The notes beneath the pieces were generated by a model. The model was not told the origin of the DNA. It did no database searches and saw only the letters and a program-made list of their open reading frames with translations. A DNA stretch of 32,000 nt, taken from Kiritimatiella glycovorans. GTDB taxonomy: Bacteria > Verrucomicrobiota > Kiritimatiellia > Kiritimatiellales > Kiritimatiellaceae. A program made the position numbers and the translations under genes. Shown here in pieces: positions 23,368-31,705 of the stretch (position 1 is the stretch's first letter; every line of letters starts with the position of its first letter). The DNA lies in assembly GCF_001017655.1 (NCBI RefSeq), contig NZ_CP010904.1, positions 2,010,001-2,042,000 on the forward strand, given 5' to 3'.

Positions 23368-24105
23368 TTATGAACTGATCTTCATTGTTCCCTTGCACGC
23401 CGGGTAACCGGAGCAGCCCCAGAAGGGCTTCCCGGCCATATTCCCGGTTTTCGCGGTGCGTTTGATCATCGGCTTGCCGCACCTGGGACAGTCCGGCGGT
23501 GATCCGGAGCCGCCGTCACCGGACCCGGAGTTCTCCCGCGGGCGCGCGCCATCCCCCGCCCGCGCCAGCGCGTGTCCTTCGCGGTGTCCGCCCTGATCCC
23601 CGAACTTGTTTTCCATCGAAGCGATCCGGCGATCGAGCAGGTCGTTTACCCGTTCGATCAGGCAGATCACCGCGTTGGCCGTTACGGCCGGATCGTCGTG
23701 TTCCAGCCAGCGTGCGTAAAGGGCTTCGCGCTCCTGGTCGGTCAGATCCGACCGACCGGATCCCTCCACGGCCTGCACAGCAGCCGCTTCAGACCCCTCG
23801 TCCTCCCAGAGCGGCAGGCGCCGGCGCCGCAGGATGTCCTCAAAGTCGAGCAGCAGCTCCTCCAGCCTCGCACGCGCCGCATTCATCCGCCGGAGTTCCG
23901 TCCGGGGAGAGGACGCGGAGTGGCGGCACGCTCCCACGATGTGCAGCCGCCCCGAACGCGCGGCCCGGATCATCCGTTCCGCGGCCCCGGATTCCGATTC
24001 CAGGTGTTTTCTGCCGAACCGGTACGTGGCGTCGTAGATGAGGGTGGCGGTCTGGAAGCTGCGGGTGCGGCGGTATCCTCCGTCGGTGCGTGGTTTTCCG
24101 GACAT
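23368..24105 (-). CDS. Four-helix-bundle-suffix-domain protein fused to a topoisomerase-type C4 zinc finger
   Basis: From the ATG at 24105. GGYRRTRSFQTATLIYDATYRF......MIRAARSGRLHIVGA......E..RMNAARARLEELLLDFEDILRRRRLPLWE...........YARWLEHDDPAVTANAVICLIERVNDLLDRRI resembles the four-helix-bundle-plus-suffix family. After a Gly/Ser linker comes CPRCGKPMIKRTAKTGNMAGKPFWGCSGYPACKG (zf-C4_Topoisom pattern). The longer track ORF (to 24618) runs into ftsW. Confidence 0.7.
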   Translation of the reverse strand: MSGKPRTDGGYRRTRSFQTATLIYDATYRFGRKHLESESGAAERMIRAARSGRLHIVGACRHSASSPRTELRRMNAARARLEELLLDFEDILRRRRLPLWEDEGSEAAAVQAVEGSGRSDLTDQEREALYARWLEHDDPAVTANAVICLIERVNDLLDRRIASMENKFGDQGGHREGHALARAGDGARPRENSGSGDGGSGSPPDCPRCGKPMIKRTAKTGNMAGKPFWGCSGYPACKGTMKISS

Positions 24106-24188
24106 GGGACGGCTCCTGGTTGGGGGTGAAAAACCGGGAGTGGACTCGGGAAAAGTTCGAGACGGATAAGCAGACGACCAGAATCCGG

Positions 24189-25340
24189 TTAAACTCTGTT
24201 GCCCTTTTGTCCGCGCCCCGCATTCAGGATCAGTCCGATCATCGCGCCGGTGACGATCAGGCTCGATCCGCCGTAGCTGATAAAGGGCAGCGGAAGACCT
24301 TTGGTGGGAAGACAGCCGGTGACCACCCCCATGTTGATCAGGCCCTGAAGGGTGATCATGAAAACCACGCCCAGCACCGTATGGCGCATAAACCGGTCGC
24401 CGGCCGCCGTCGCCACACGCATGCCGCAGAGAAAGAACACCACGAACAGGAGGAGCACGGCGCCGCTGGCGATGAGCCCCAATTCCTCCGCCATGATCGC
24501 GAAAATGAAATCCGTATGGGCCTCCGGAAGGTAGAACCGCTTCTGAATGCTCTCCCCGAGGCCGACGCCGCAGAGCCCGCCTTCTCTGAAGGCGCACAGC
24601 GAATTGACGAGCTGCCACGCGTCGCTGCGCACATATTCACCCGGATTGAGAAAGGCCAGGATGCGGCCCATCCGTTCCGGGTTGTGCATGATCAGGATGC
24701 TCAGGGCCGACATGCCGAGCAGCCCCACAATGATGATATATCCCACGTGCGCCCCCGCCGCATACATCAGCAGGAGTCCCGAAAACAGGACCAGCATGGT
24801 CGTGCCGAAATCCGGTTCAAACAGGATGAGCACGCCGGTGAGCCCCAGGCAGGCCAGCGGCATCAGGAATCCCTTCCGGATCTCGCTTCCCTTCCTCCAC
24901 CGCGGCGACATCCACCAGGCGATCAGCAGGATGGATCCCAGCTTGGCGGCCTCCGAGGGCTGGAACGTGACCGCGCCCACTTTAATCCAGCGATGGCTGC
25001 CGTTCACCTCGTGGCCGATCACGGGAAACCAGACCGCGAGGAGCAGAAGCAGCGAGACCCCCCAGGCCGGAAGGGCCCAGCGCCGCAGATAATCCGCGGG
25101 GATACGGGCGGTGATCAGCGCCGCCGCGAATGCAAGGACCAGCCATATCGCCTGTCGCTTGACAAAAAAATAAGGATCGCCGAAGCGGTGGGCGGCGCTC
25201 ACGCTGCTCGCGCTGGCCAGCATTACGAATCCGAAGGTGGCGAGAATAAGCACGGCCCCGACCAGAAGCCGCAGCGCATAGGATCCGTCCTGACCGCGCG
25301 CGGCATCCTGATCGGTCGAAGACCACGCCATGCGCCTCAA
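24189..25340 (-). CDS. ftsW: SEDS-family peptidoglycan glycosyltransferase FtsW
   Basis: Multi-TM SEDS protein: GSHRWI, FQPSE.AK, PDFGT, LPEAHTDFIFA...EELG, G..P.KGL.LPF.SYGGSS. It lies in dcw context after murD. The track start is a TTG at 25340 abutting the LysM gene stop; an in-frame ATG at 25331 is an alternative. Confidence 0.88.
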   Translation of the reverse strand: MRRMAWSSTDQDAARGQDGSYALRLLVGAVLILATFGFVMLASASSVSAAHRFGDPYFFVKRQAIWLVLAFAAALITARIPADYLRRWALPAWGVSLLLLLAVWFPVIGHEVNGSHRWIKVGAVTFQPSEAAKLGSILLIAWWMSPRWRKGSEIRKGFLMPLACLGLTGVLILFEPDFGTTMLVLFSGLLLMYAAGAHVGYIIIVGLLGMSALSILIMHNPERMGRILAFLNPGEYVRSDAWQLVNSLCAFREGGLCGVGLGESIQKRFYLPEAHTDFIFAIMAEELGLIASGAVLLLFVVFFLCGMRVATAAGDRFMRHTVLGVVFMITLQGLINMGVVTGCLPTKGLPLPFISYGGSSLIVTGAMIGLILNAGRGQKGNRV

Positions 25341-26323
25341 TCTCCGACGGGTACGAGGATGGTCTGCCCCTGCTGAAGCTGAACCGGGCCTCTGAGCTCG
25401 TTAAGGTCCCTGAGTTTATCGACGGTGGTCGCGTACTGGCGGGCGATCTCCTCGAGCGTCTCACCGGGATAGACCACGTGTTCCATGACCGTCGGGGCCG
25501 CGGCCGGGGACTCCGCCTCTTCCTCCTCGGCGGGGGCCTCCCCTTCGGGAGCCGCGGGAGCCGCCGGTTCCGGCGTCATCGCCGGGGTGGACTCTTTTTC
25601 GCCGTCTTCCGGTCTTTCGCGTTCAGGCGGCTCCGCGGCAGACGTTGTTGTTCCGCCCGGAACCACCAGTTCCTGGCCGACGATGATCCGGTCGCCGCGA
25701 AGGCCGTTGACGTCGCGGAGTCTGTCGAGGGCCACGTTAAAACGCTGCGCGATTTGCGAAAGCGTGTCTCCGCTCTTGACCACGTAGATCTCTCCGTCGC
25801 CGGCCTCCGCGCCGGACTCCCGCACCGCGCCGGGCGAAGGCGCCGACGGCCGGGCGGCGGGTTCGGCCGCATAGGGAGGAAGGAGCAGATCCTGGCCGAC
25901 CACGAGCCGGTCGGGGTTCTGAATCTCGTTGAGTTCGACCAGCGTAGACACACTGATGTCATGCCGGTACGCAATGGCAGAGAGGGTATCGCCCTTGCGG
26001 ATGGTGTAGTGCTTGTACTCGGGCTCGGGCATCGGCGCCGGCTCCGGGGCCATGTCGCTCTCGAAAATCGGTTCCGCGGGAGCCACGGGTTCGGGCTCGC
26101 TCACTTCCGGGGGCAGGTCGGTCGGCGGCGGGGGATCCACATGCCGCGGCACACTCACGTTTTCCATCCATTCCGGGGTTGTTGAGCACCCCTGCACCAA
26201 AAAAATTCCCGCGGCTACCAGCAGATGCGCCGCCATGACCCAGAAAAGAGCTTTCATCAGTACGTGGCCTCCCGTTCGGTGTGACGCCCGGTGCCCCGAG
26301 CGCTTCGCTCTATTTGTATTCAT
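25337..26323 (-). CDS. Lipoprotein with three LysM peptidoglycan-binding domains and Pro/Glu-rich linkers
   Basis: The lipobox LVQGC follows the hydrophobic segment LFWVMAAHLLVAAGIF. Three LysM repeats are present: YTIRKGDTLSAIAYRHDISVSTLVELN, YVVKSGDTLSQIAQRFNVALDRLRDVN and HVVYPGETLEEIARQYATTVDKLRDLN. The ATG at 26323 overlaps the murD stop (ATGA); an internal ATG at 26257 (MKALF...) is an alternative. No peptidase domain was recognised. Confidence 0.8.
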   Translation of the reverse strand: MNTNRAKRSGHRASHRTGGHVLMKALFWVMAAHLLVAAGIFLVQGCSTTPEWMENVSVPRHVDPPPPTDLPPEVSEPEPVAPAEPIFESDMAPEPAPMPEPEYKHYTIRKGDTLSAIAYRHDISVSTLVELNEIQNPDRLVVGQDLLLPPYAAEPAARPSAPSPGAVRESGAEAGDGEIYVVKSGDTLSQIAQRFNVALDRLRDVNGLRGDRIIVGQELVVPGGTTTSAAEPPERERPEDGEKESTPAMTPEPAAPAAPEGEAPAEEEEAESPAAAPTVMEHVVYPGETLEEIARQYATTVDKLRDLNELRGPVQLQQGQTILVPVGD

Positions 26324-27600
26324 GACACCCCCTCCGGTTCAATGCTTTTCTCGACCAAAGCCCTGAATCGATCGCCGCGCTCCTCGAAATCGCTGAACTG
26401 GTCGAAGCTCGTGCCGCCCGGCGAGAGCAGTACCGTATCGCCGCGGCGGGCCTCCCCCGCGGCCGCCCGCACCGCCTCGTCGAGTGTCGAGCACCGGCGG
26501 CACGGGCAGGATTCGCGCCACGCCGCGTATAAGGCCTCCTCGGCTTCTCCAATCAGATAGGCGGCCGCCACCCGCGCACGCATCAGCGATGCCAGTCCGT
26601 CCGCGCCGTGCTCCTTCATCCGCCCCCCCGCAATGAGTCGGACCGGCCCGGGCTGTGCGCGCACGCCCGCTTCCAGCGCGGCGAGGTTGGTCGCTTTGGA
26701 ATCGTCCACGAACCGGACCCCCCCGCGCACGGCCACCACTTCCGTGCGATGCGGCAGCGGCGCGAAATCGCGGGCGGCGTCTTCCGCGGCGGTGGGCGGA
26801 AGGCCGAGCGTGTCCAGGGCGGCGGCGACGGGGGCGGCTCCTCCGGGGCCGCGGACCGGATCCTCGAACCACGTCCCCCGCACATCCATCCGGAACCCGT
26901 CCGGACCTTCCACGCGGCCCTGCGCATACACGTAATCCGCCTCCGTCTCTCCGAAGCTCACCCGGCGCCCCCGGGCGCCGGGCGCGGCCGCAAACAGCCG
27001 GGCCGCCTGCGCCGCGGGGGCAAGACAGGCGTCCTCCGGACCGCTGTTCTCAAAGATCCGCGCCTTGAGAGCCAGGTAGGTCCGCATGTCCCCGTGCCGG
27101 TCAAGGTGGTTGGGCAGCACGTTCAGCACCACCGCCACCCGCGGGCGAAAGCGGTCGACGGTCTCGAGTTGAAACGAACTGACCTCGGCGACCAGCCAGT
27201 CGGCGGACTCCCGCACCGCGTCGCTGAGCGGCCGGCCGTAGTTGCCGCACGGCAGGGCCTTCAGTCCCGCGCGGTCCAGCGATTCCGCGAGCCACTTCAC
27301 CACGCTGCTCTTGCCGTTCGAGCCGGTCACCGCCAGGATCGGCGCGTGCGCGAATCGAGCCCCGAGTTCCAGTTCCCCGATCACCGGCACCCGCGCCCGG
27401 CGGCAGGCCTCGACCCACGGATGGGAGCGTTCGAAGCCGGGACTGACTACGGCCACGTCGGCGCGCAGCTCCGCGGGCGGCGGCTCCTGTTCTCCGGCGG
27501 CGACCGTGACGCGCACGCCCTCTGCTTCGAGCAGGGCGGCGGCCGCACGGCCGCTGCGGCCCCATCCCAGTACGAGGGCGGTCTGGTACGGCGCATTCAT
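26320..27600 (-). CDS. murD: UDP-N-acetylmuramoylalanine--D-glutamate ligase
   Basis: From the ATG at 27600 (ATGA overlap with the mraY stop). VLGWGRSGRAAA, AVTGSNGKSS, the DDSKATN motif, and LLSPGGTSFDQF near the C-terminus. Confidence 0.9.
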   Translation of the reverse strand: MNAPYQTALVLGWGRSGRAAAALLEAEGVRVTVAAGEQEPPPAELRADVAVVSPGFERSHPWVEACRRARVPVIGELELGARFAHAPILAVTGSNGKSSVVKWLAESLDRAGLKALPCGNYGRPLSDAVRESADWLVAEVSSFQLETVDRFRPRVAVVLNVLPNHLDRHGDMRTYLALKARIFENSGPEDACLAPAAQAARLFAAAPGARGRRVSFGETEADYVYAQGRVEGPDGFRMDVRGTWFEDPVRGPGGAAPVAAALDTLGLPPTAAEDAARDFAPLPHRTEVVAVRGGVRFVDDSKATNLAALEAGVRAQPGPVRLIAGGRMKEHGADGLASLMRARVAAAYLIGEAEEALYAAWRESCPCRRCSTLDEAVRAAAGEARRGDTVLLSPGGTSFDQFSDFEERGDRFRALVEKSIEPEGVS

Positions 27601-28742
27601 CGGATCTTGAGGGTGGCAATGCCCAGCAGCGCAAAGATGATGGCGAGAATCCAGAACCGCACCACGATCCTGTTCTCGATAGAATCGGGCGTTCTGCCCT
27701 CCGCCTTCGCGCGGGCGAGTTCCTGCTGTTCGAAATGATGATGCAGCGGGGCGCACCGGAAAATGCGCCGGCCTTCCCCGTAACGCCGGCGCGTGTACTT
27801 GAACCACCCGCGCTGCAGAATCACGCTGAGGGCCTCGAGCACGAAGACCCCCCCCACGATGAGCAGCACCAGCTCTTGTTTCACGATCAGGGCCACCGCG
27901 GCGATCGAACCCCCGATCGCCAGGCTGCCGGTGTCGCCCATAAACACCCGCGCGGGATGGCAGTTGAACCACAGAAATCCGAGCCCGGCGCCCAGCAGCG
28001 CGCCGCAGAAGACCGCCAGCTCACCCGCTCCCGCGACGTGAGGAATCTGCAGGTATTCCGCGAACACGGCGTGTCCGGTCGCATAGGCCATGACCAGGTA
28101 CGCGAGCACCGCCGCGTTACCGCAGCCGACCGCCAGTCCGTCGAGGCCGTCGGTCAGGTTGACGGCGTTGGACGAACCGGCCATCACGCCGAACACGAAA
28201 ACCAGCGTGAACACGAACCCCATCGCCGGCACGACCGGATCTTTGAGAAAAGGAATAAAGAGCTGCTGCGTGCGCTCGCGATTGGCTTCGTCCTGCCACA
28301 GGTACCACAGCAGCGCCAGCGCCCAGAGGCCCTGCAACCCGAGTTTGCCCCACTCCCGGAGCCCCGTCGAATTGCGGCATCGGATCTTCAGCACGTCGTC
28401 CATCGCCCCGACCGCACCCATGAATACCATCGTGGCCAGGCAGCACCAGACGAGCGGCTCTCCGGGGCGGGCCCAGAGGATCGTCGCCGCCGCCGCGCAG
28501 CCCACGATCAGCACTCCCCCCATGGTCGGCGTCCCCGCCTTCACGCGATGGCCGCGCATCACCTCGTCGCCGCGGATCTGCTGGCCTATGTTCCACTGGC
28601 TCAGTCTGCGGATCACCAGGGGGCCGAAGATGAGGCTCAGCACGAACGCCGTACCCGCCGCCCCGAAGGTCCGCACGGTGATGTAGCGGAAAATCCGCAG
28701 CACCGACCAGACCTCGGTCCACTCATGCAGATCATAGAGCAT
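27597..28742 (-). CDS. mraY: Phospho-N-acetylmuramoyl-pentapeptide transferase
   Basis: From the ATG at 28742. K.GTPTMGG, DD..K, NAVNLTDGLDGLA, and the GDTGS and HHHFE motifs. Confidence 0.93.
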   Translation of the reverse strand: MLYDLHEWTEVWSVLRIFRYITVRTFGAAGTAFVLSLIFGPLVIRRLSQWNIGQQIRGDEVMRGHRVKAGTPTMGGVLIVGCAAAATILWARPGEPLVWCCLATMVFMGAVGAMDDVLKIRCRNSTGLREWGKLGLQGLWALALLWYLWQDEANRERTQQLFIPFLKDPVVPAMGFVFTLVFVFGVMAGSSNAVNLTDGLDGLAVGCGNAAVLAYLVMAYATGHAVFAEYLQIPHVAGAGELAVFCGALLGAGLGFLWFNCHPARVFMGDTGSLAIGGSIAAVALIVKQELVLLIVGGVFVLEALSVILQRGWFKYTRRRYGEGRRIFRCAPLHHHFEQQELARAKAEGRTPDSIENRIVVRFWILAIIFALLGIATLKIR

Positions 28743-28791
28743 ATCCGACGAATCCCCTCCACCACCCCGCGGGGTGTCCTCGCTTGCCTTC

Positions 28792-30150
28792 CTACTCCGT
28801 GAGCGTCCTGTACCGGTCCAGCACGGTCTCCAGCCGCTCGCTTCTCGATCCCTTGAAGAGCACGCAATCGCCGGGCGCAACCCGCTCGCACAGCAGCCGC
28901 GCGGCCTCTTCGGGCGTATCCGCGTGGACCCAGTGACCCGGACCGGCATCATGAATCATCCGCGCCCGGGCGCCGACCGTAATCACCTCCGCCAGGGGAA
29001 GTTCCGCGGCGACCTCCGCGATGGCGCGATGCTGTTCGCCCTCCATGTCCCCGAGTTCGCTCATTCCGCCCAGCACCGCCCAGCACCGGCCCCCGTCCGC
29101 CATCCCGGCGAGGGTGCTCAGAGCGGCGCGCATCGACACCGGGTTGGCGTTGTAGGCATCGTTGATCAGCCGGACCCCGCCGCGATCCGTCATCTCCCAC
29201 CGCATCGGCGCGGTGCGGTATCGCGCCAGCGCCTCCGCGATGTCGTGCGGATCGATACCCTGTTCCAGCGCGGCCGCCGCGGCCCGGGCGGCGTTGCCCG
29301 CCGTATGCAGGCCCGGCACCGGGATTTTGAAATCGTGACCGTTCACCGTGATGCCGCCCTCGCCGACCCGTACGCGGTAATCCGCGTCGGCCCGCTCCGC
29401 CCAGGTGACGCAGCGTCCGCGCAGCAGCGAGCGGAAGCGCCTGAACCAGCGACTGTCGGCGTCCAGCAGCGCCCACCCGCCCTCGGCCAGTTCGGCGAGC
29501 AGCGAGGCTTTCTCTTCGGCGATATCCTCCACGGAATTGAAATGCGCCATGTGGACCGGCCCGATCCGGGTCAGCAGCGCGGCGTCCGGCCGGAGCGTAC
29601 GGCTGAGCATGCGGATCTCGCCCGGGCGGTTCATGCCCAGTTCGAATACCGCCGCCGGGCCGTCGGAGGGACACTTCAGCATACTCATCGGCAGGCCGAT
29701 ATGGTTGTTCCAGTTGCCCGGCGACCGGAACACCTCGCCCCGCACCGCGAGCATGGAGGCCAGCATCTCCTTGACCGTGGTCTTGCCGACGCTCCCGGTA
29801 ATTCCGAACACCGTGCCGCTCCACTGGCGGCGGTACCCCGCCGCGAGATCGCGGATGGCCGACAGCGGGTCGGCCACCTTCAGCAACGGACCGGACTCGC
29901 CCCGGCGGGGCGTGGGTGCGGGGCGATAGTCGCCGGAGACCAGTGCGGCCGCCGCGCCGTGGCGGAAGGCGTCCGGGACGAATTCATGCCCATCGCAGCG
30001 CCCCCCCTTCAGCGCCACGTACATCGACCCCGGCGTCACACACCGGCTGTCGTGAACCACGCCGCGCAGGACCACCGGCGGAGCGCCCTTCCACGCCCCC
30101 CCGCTCCAGCGGGCCAGGTCTTCCGCTTTGAATTCCGGTATCGGCGTCAT
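28792..30150 (-). CDS. murF: UDP-N-acetylmuramoyl-tripeptide--D-alanyl-D-alanine ligase
   Basis: HDSR.V.PG..YVAL.G.R.DGH.F, ITGSVGKTT, DAYNANP, and LFKGSR near the C-terminus. The ATG overlaps the murE stop (ATGA). Confidence 0.9.
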   Translation of the reverse strand: MTPIPEFKAEDLARWSGGAWKGAPPVVLRGVVHDSRCVTPGSMYVALKGGRCDGHEFVPDAFRHGAAAALVSGDYRPAPTPRRGESGPLLKVADPLSAIRDLAAGYRRQWSGTVFGITGSVGKTTVKEMLASMLAVRGEVFRSPGNWNNHIGLPMSMLKCPSDGPAAVFELGMNRPGEIRMLSRTLRPDAALLTRIGPVHMAHFNSVEDIAEEKASLLAELAEGGWALLDADSRWFRRFRSLLRGRCVTWAERADADYRVRVGEGGITVNGHDFKIPVPGLHTAGNAARAAAAALEQGIDPHDIAEALARYRTAPMRWEMTDRGGVRLINDAYNANPVSMRAALSTLAGMADGGRCWAVLGGMSELGDMEGEQHRAIAEVAAELPLAEVITVGARARMIHDAGPGHWVHADTPEEAARLLCERVAPGDCVLFKGSRSERLETVLDRYRTLTE

Positions 30151-31604
30151 CGCTTTTTCTTCTCCGCCAGGTATTCCGCGGCGACTTCACGGTCGTCGAA
30201 CGGGATCCGGGTGTCCGCGAACTCCTGTACGGTCTCGTGTCCCTTGCCCGCAATCAGCAGGAGGTCGTCTTCGCCGAGCCGTTCGATCCCGCGGCGGATC
30301 GCGTCGCGCCGATCGAGCACGATCTCATATTGGTCCTCCGAATCAAAACCCTTTGCGATCTCCGCCGCGATTTGAGCGGGATCTTCGCGCCGGGGATTGT
30401 CCGTCGTGATCACCGCCCCGTCGGCCAGGCGCGCCGCCACGCGCCCCATCCTCCCGCGCTTGGCGGTATCGCGGCAGCCGCCGCAGCCGAAGACGACGAA
30501 CAGCCGGCCCCGGCGGAACTCGCGCAGGGCACCGAGTACGTTCTCGAGCGCATCGTCCGTGTGAGCGTAATCCACCCATACGCGGCGGTCGCCCGCGACG
30601 GGTTCCAGGCGACCCGGCACGGGACGCATCCGCTCGAGCGCATGCACGGCCGCGGCGGGGTCCACGCCGAGCGCGCCGCAGGTGGCGATGGCGGCCAGCG
30701 CATTGCAGGCATTGAAGCGTCCCGGCAGCGGAAGCATCAGTTCACCGTCGCCCCAGGGGGTCCACAGCCGGAGCCGCGTGCCCTCGCGGCGGATATCGAC
30801 GACCTCCCCGCGCACATCGGCGCCGGGTGAACATCCGAATCCGATCCGGCCCGAGGCCCCCGCCGGGAGCCGGTCCGCGCGGGGATCGTCCGCATTGATC
30901 ACGGCGCAGCCGGGTTTGCGCTGCTGTCCGAGCATGGTGAAGAGGCGTCGTTTGACCTCGAAATACTCCTCTTCCGTACCGTGGTAATCCAGGTGTTCCG
31001 AGCTCAGGTTGGTGAAGACGGCCGCATCGAATTCGATCCCCCAGACCCGATCCTGGGCGAGGGCGTGGGAGGAGACCTCCAGCACCGCGCTCGTACATCC
31101 GTGGTCGACCATCCGCCGCAGCAGACCCTGCAGTTCCGTGGCCTCCGGGGTCGTCCTCGACGCGGGCATCCGGTGTTCGCCGATCTCGTAGCGCACCGTG
31201 CCGATCAGTCCCGTCTTTTGTCCCGCCGCCCGCAGAATCGTGCGCACCATGAACGCGGTGGTGGTCTTGCCGTTGGTGCCGGTAATGCCGACCAGTTCGA
31301 GATTCGCGGAGGGCCCCTCGAAGCAGGCCCGGGCCAGGGCCGCCAGTGCGCGGCGGGCATCGTCCACACGCACGTAGGGCACGCCGCATTCTCCGGGCTC
31401 TTCGCCCGATCCGACGACCGCGACGGCGCCCCGCGCCACGGCCTCGGGAATGAAATCCGCCCCCTCGTGCTCCTGGCCCGGCACGGCGACGAACACATGC
31501 CCCGGACGGACCCGGCGGGAGTCATGGCTCACGCCCGTGATCTCCCGGTCCGGCGGCCGCCCGCCCCGCAGTTCGACGTGTTCTAGAAGCTCGCTCAGTT
31601 TCAT
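30147..31604 (-). CDS. murE: UDP-N-acetylmuramoyl-L-alanyl-D-glutamate--2,6-diaminopimelate ligase
   Basis: GVSHDSRRVRPGHVFVAVPG...G.DFI..A...GA, ITGTNGKTT, VDYAHTDDAL, a DNPR motif (TTDNPRRED) and AGKGHE. Confidence 0.92.
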   Translation of the reverse strand: MKLSELLEHVELRGGRPPDREITGVSHDSRRVRPGHVFVAVPGQEHEGADFIPEAVARGAVAVVGSGEEPGECGVPYVRVDDARRALAALARACFEGPSANLELVGITGTNGKTTTAFMVRTILRAAGQKTGLIGTVRYEIGEHRMPASRTTPEATELQGLLRRMVDHGCTSAVLEVSSHALAQDRVWGIEFDAAVFTNLSSEHLDYHGTEEEYFEVKRRLFTMLGQQRKPGCAVINADDPRADRLPAGASGRIGFGCSPGADVRGEVVDIRREGTRLRLWTPWGDGELMLPLPGRFNACNALAAIATCGALGVDPAAAVHALERMRPVPGRLEPVAGDRRVWVDYAHTDDALENVLGALREFRRGRLFVVFGCGGCRDTAKRGRMGRVAARLADGAVITTDNPRREDPAQIAAEIAKGFDSEDQYEIVLDRRDAIRRGIERLGEDDLLLIAGKGHETVQEFADTRIPFDDREVAAEYLAEKKKR

Positions 31605-31634
31605 GTCTTACTCAGGTCTCAGGTTTCCCGCTCC

Positions 31635-31700
31635 CTCTGACTCTGACTCTGACTCTCCCTCTGACTCTGATTCTGACTCTGATTCTGATTCTGACTCTGA
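31635..31700. repeat. Tandem hexanucleotide microsatellite (CTCTGA/TTCTGA, 11 units, one degenerate) in the ftsI-murE intergenic region
   Basis: Direct reading gives ctctga ctctga ctctga ctctcc ctctga ctctga ttctga ctctga ttctga ttctga ctctga. On the coding (minus) strand it is the purine-rich (CAGAGT/CAGAAT)n. Confidence 0.95.
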
Positions 31701-31705
31701 TCCCC

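Noticed and set aside
24090-30375. Plus-strand ORFs 24090..25376, 26608..27738, 27735..28802 and 28774..30375, plus nested ORFs across the dcw genes
   Set aside because: All are antisense to the strongly supported ftsW, murD, mraY and murF genes. They are Arg/His/Pro/Gly-rich shadow frames.
31635-31700. Possible CRISPR array or other spaced repeat
   Set aside because: The units are 6 nt and directly tandem, with no spacers. This is a microsatellite, not a CRISPR array. No CRISPR-like repeat-spacer structure was seen elsewhere in the window.
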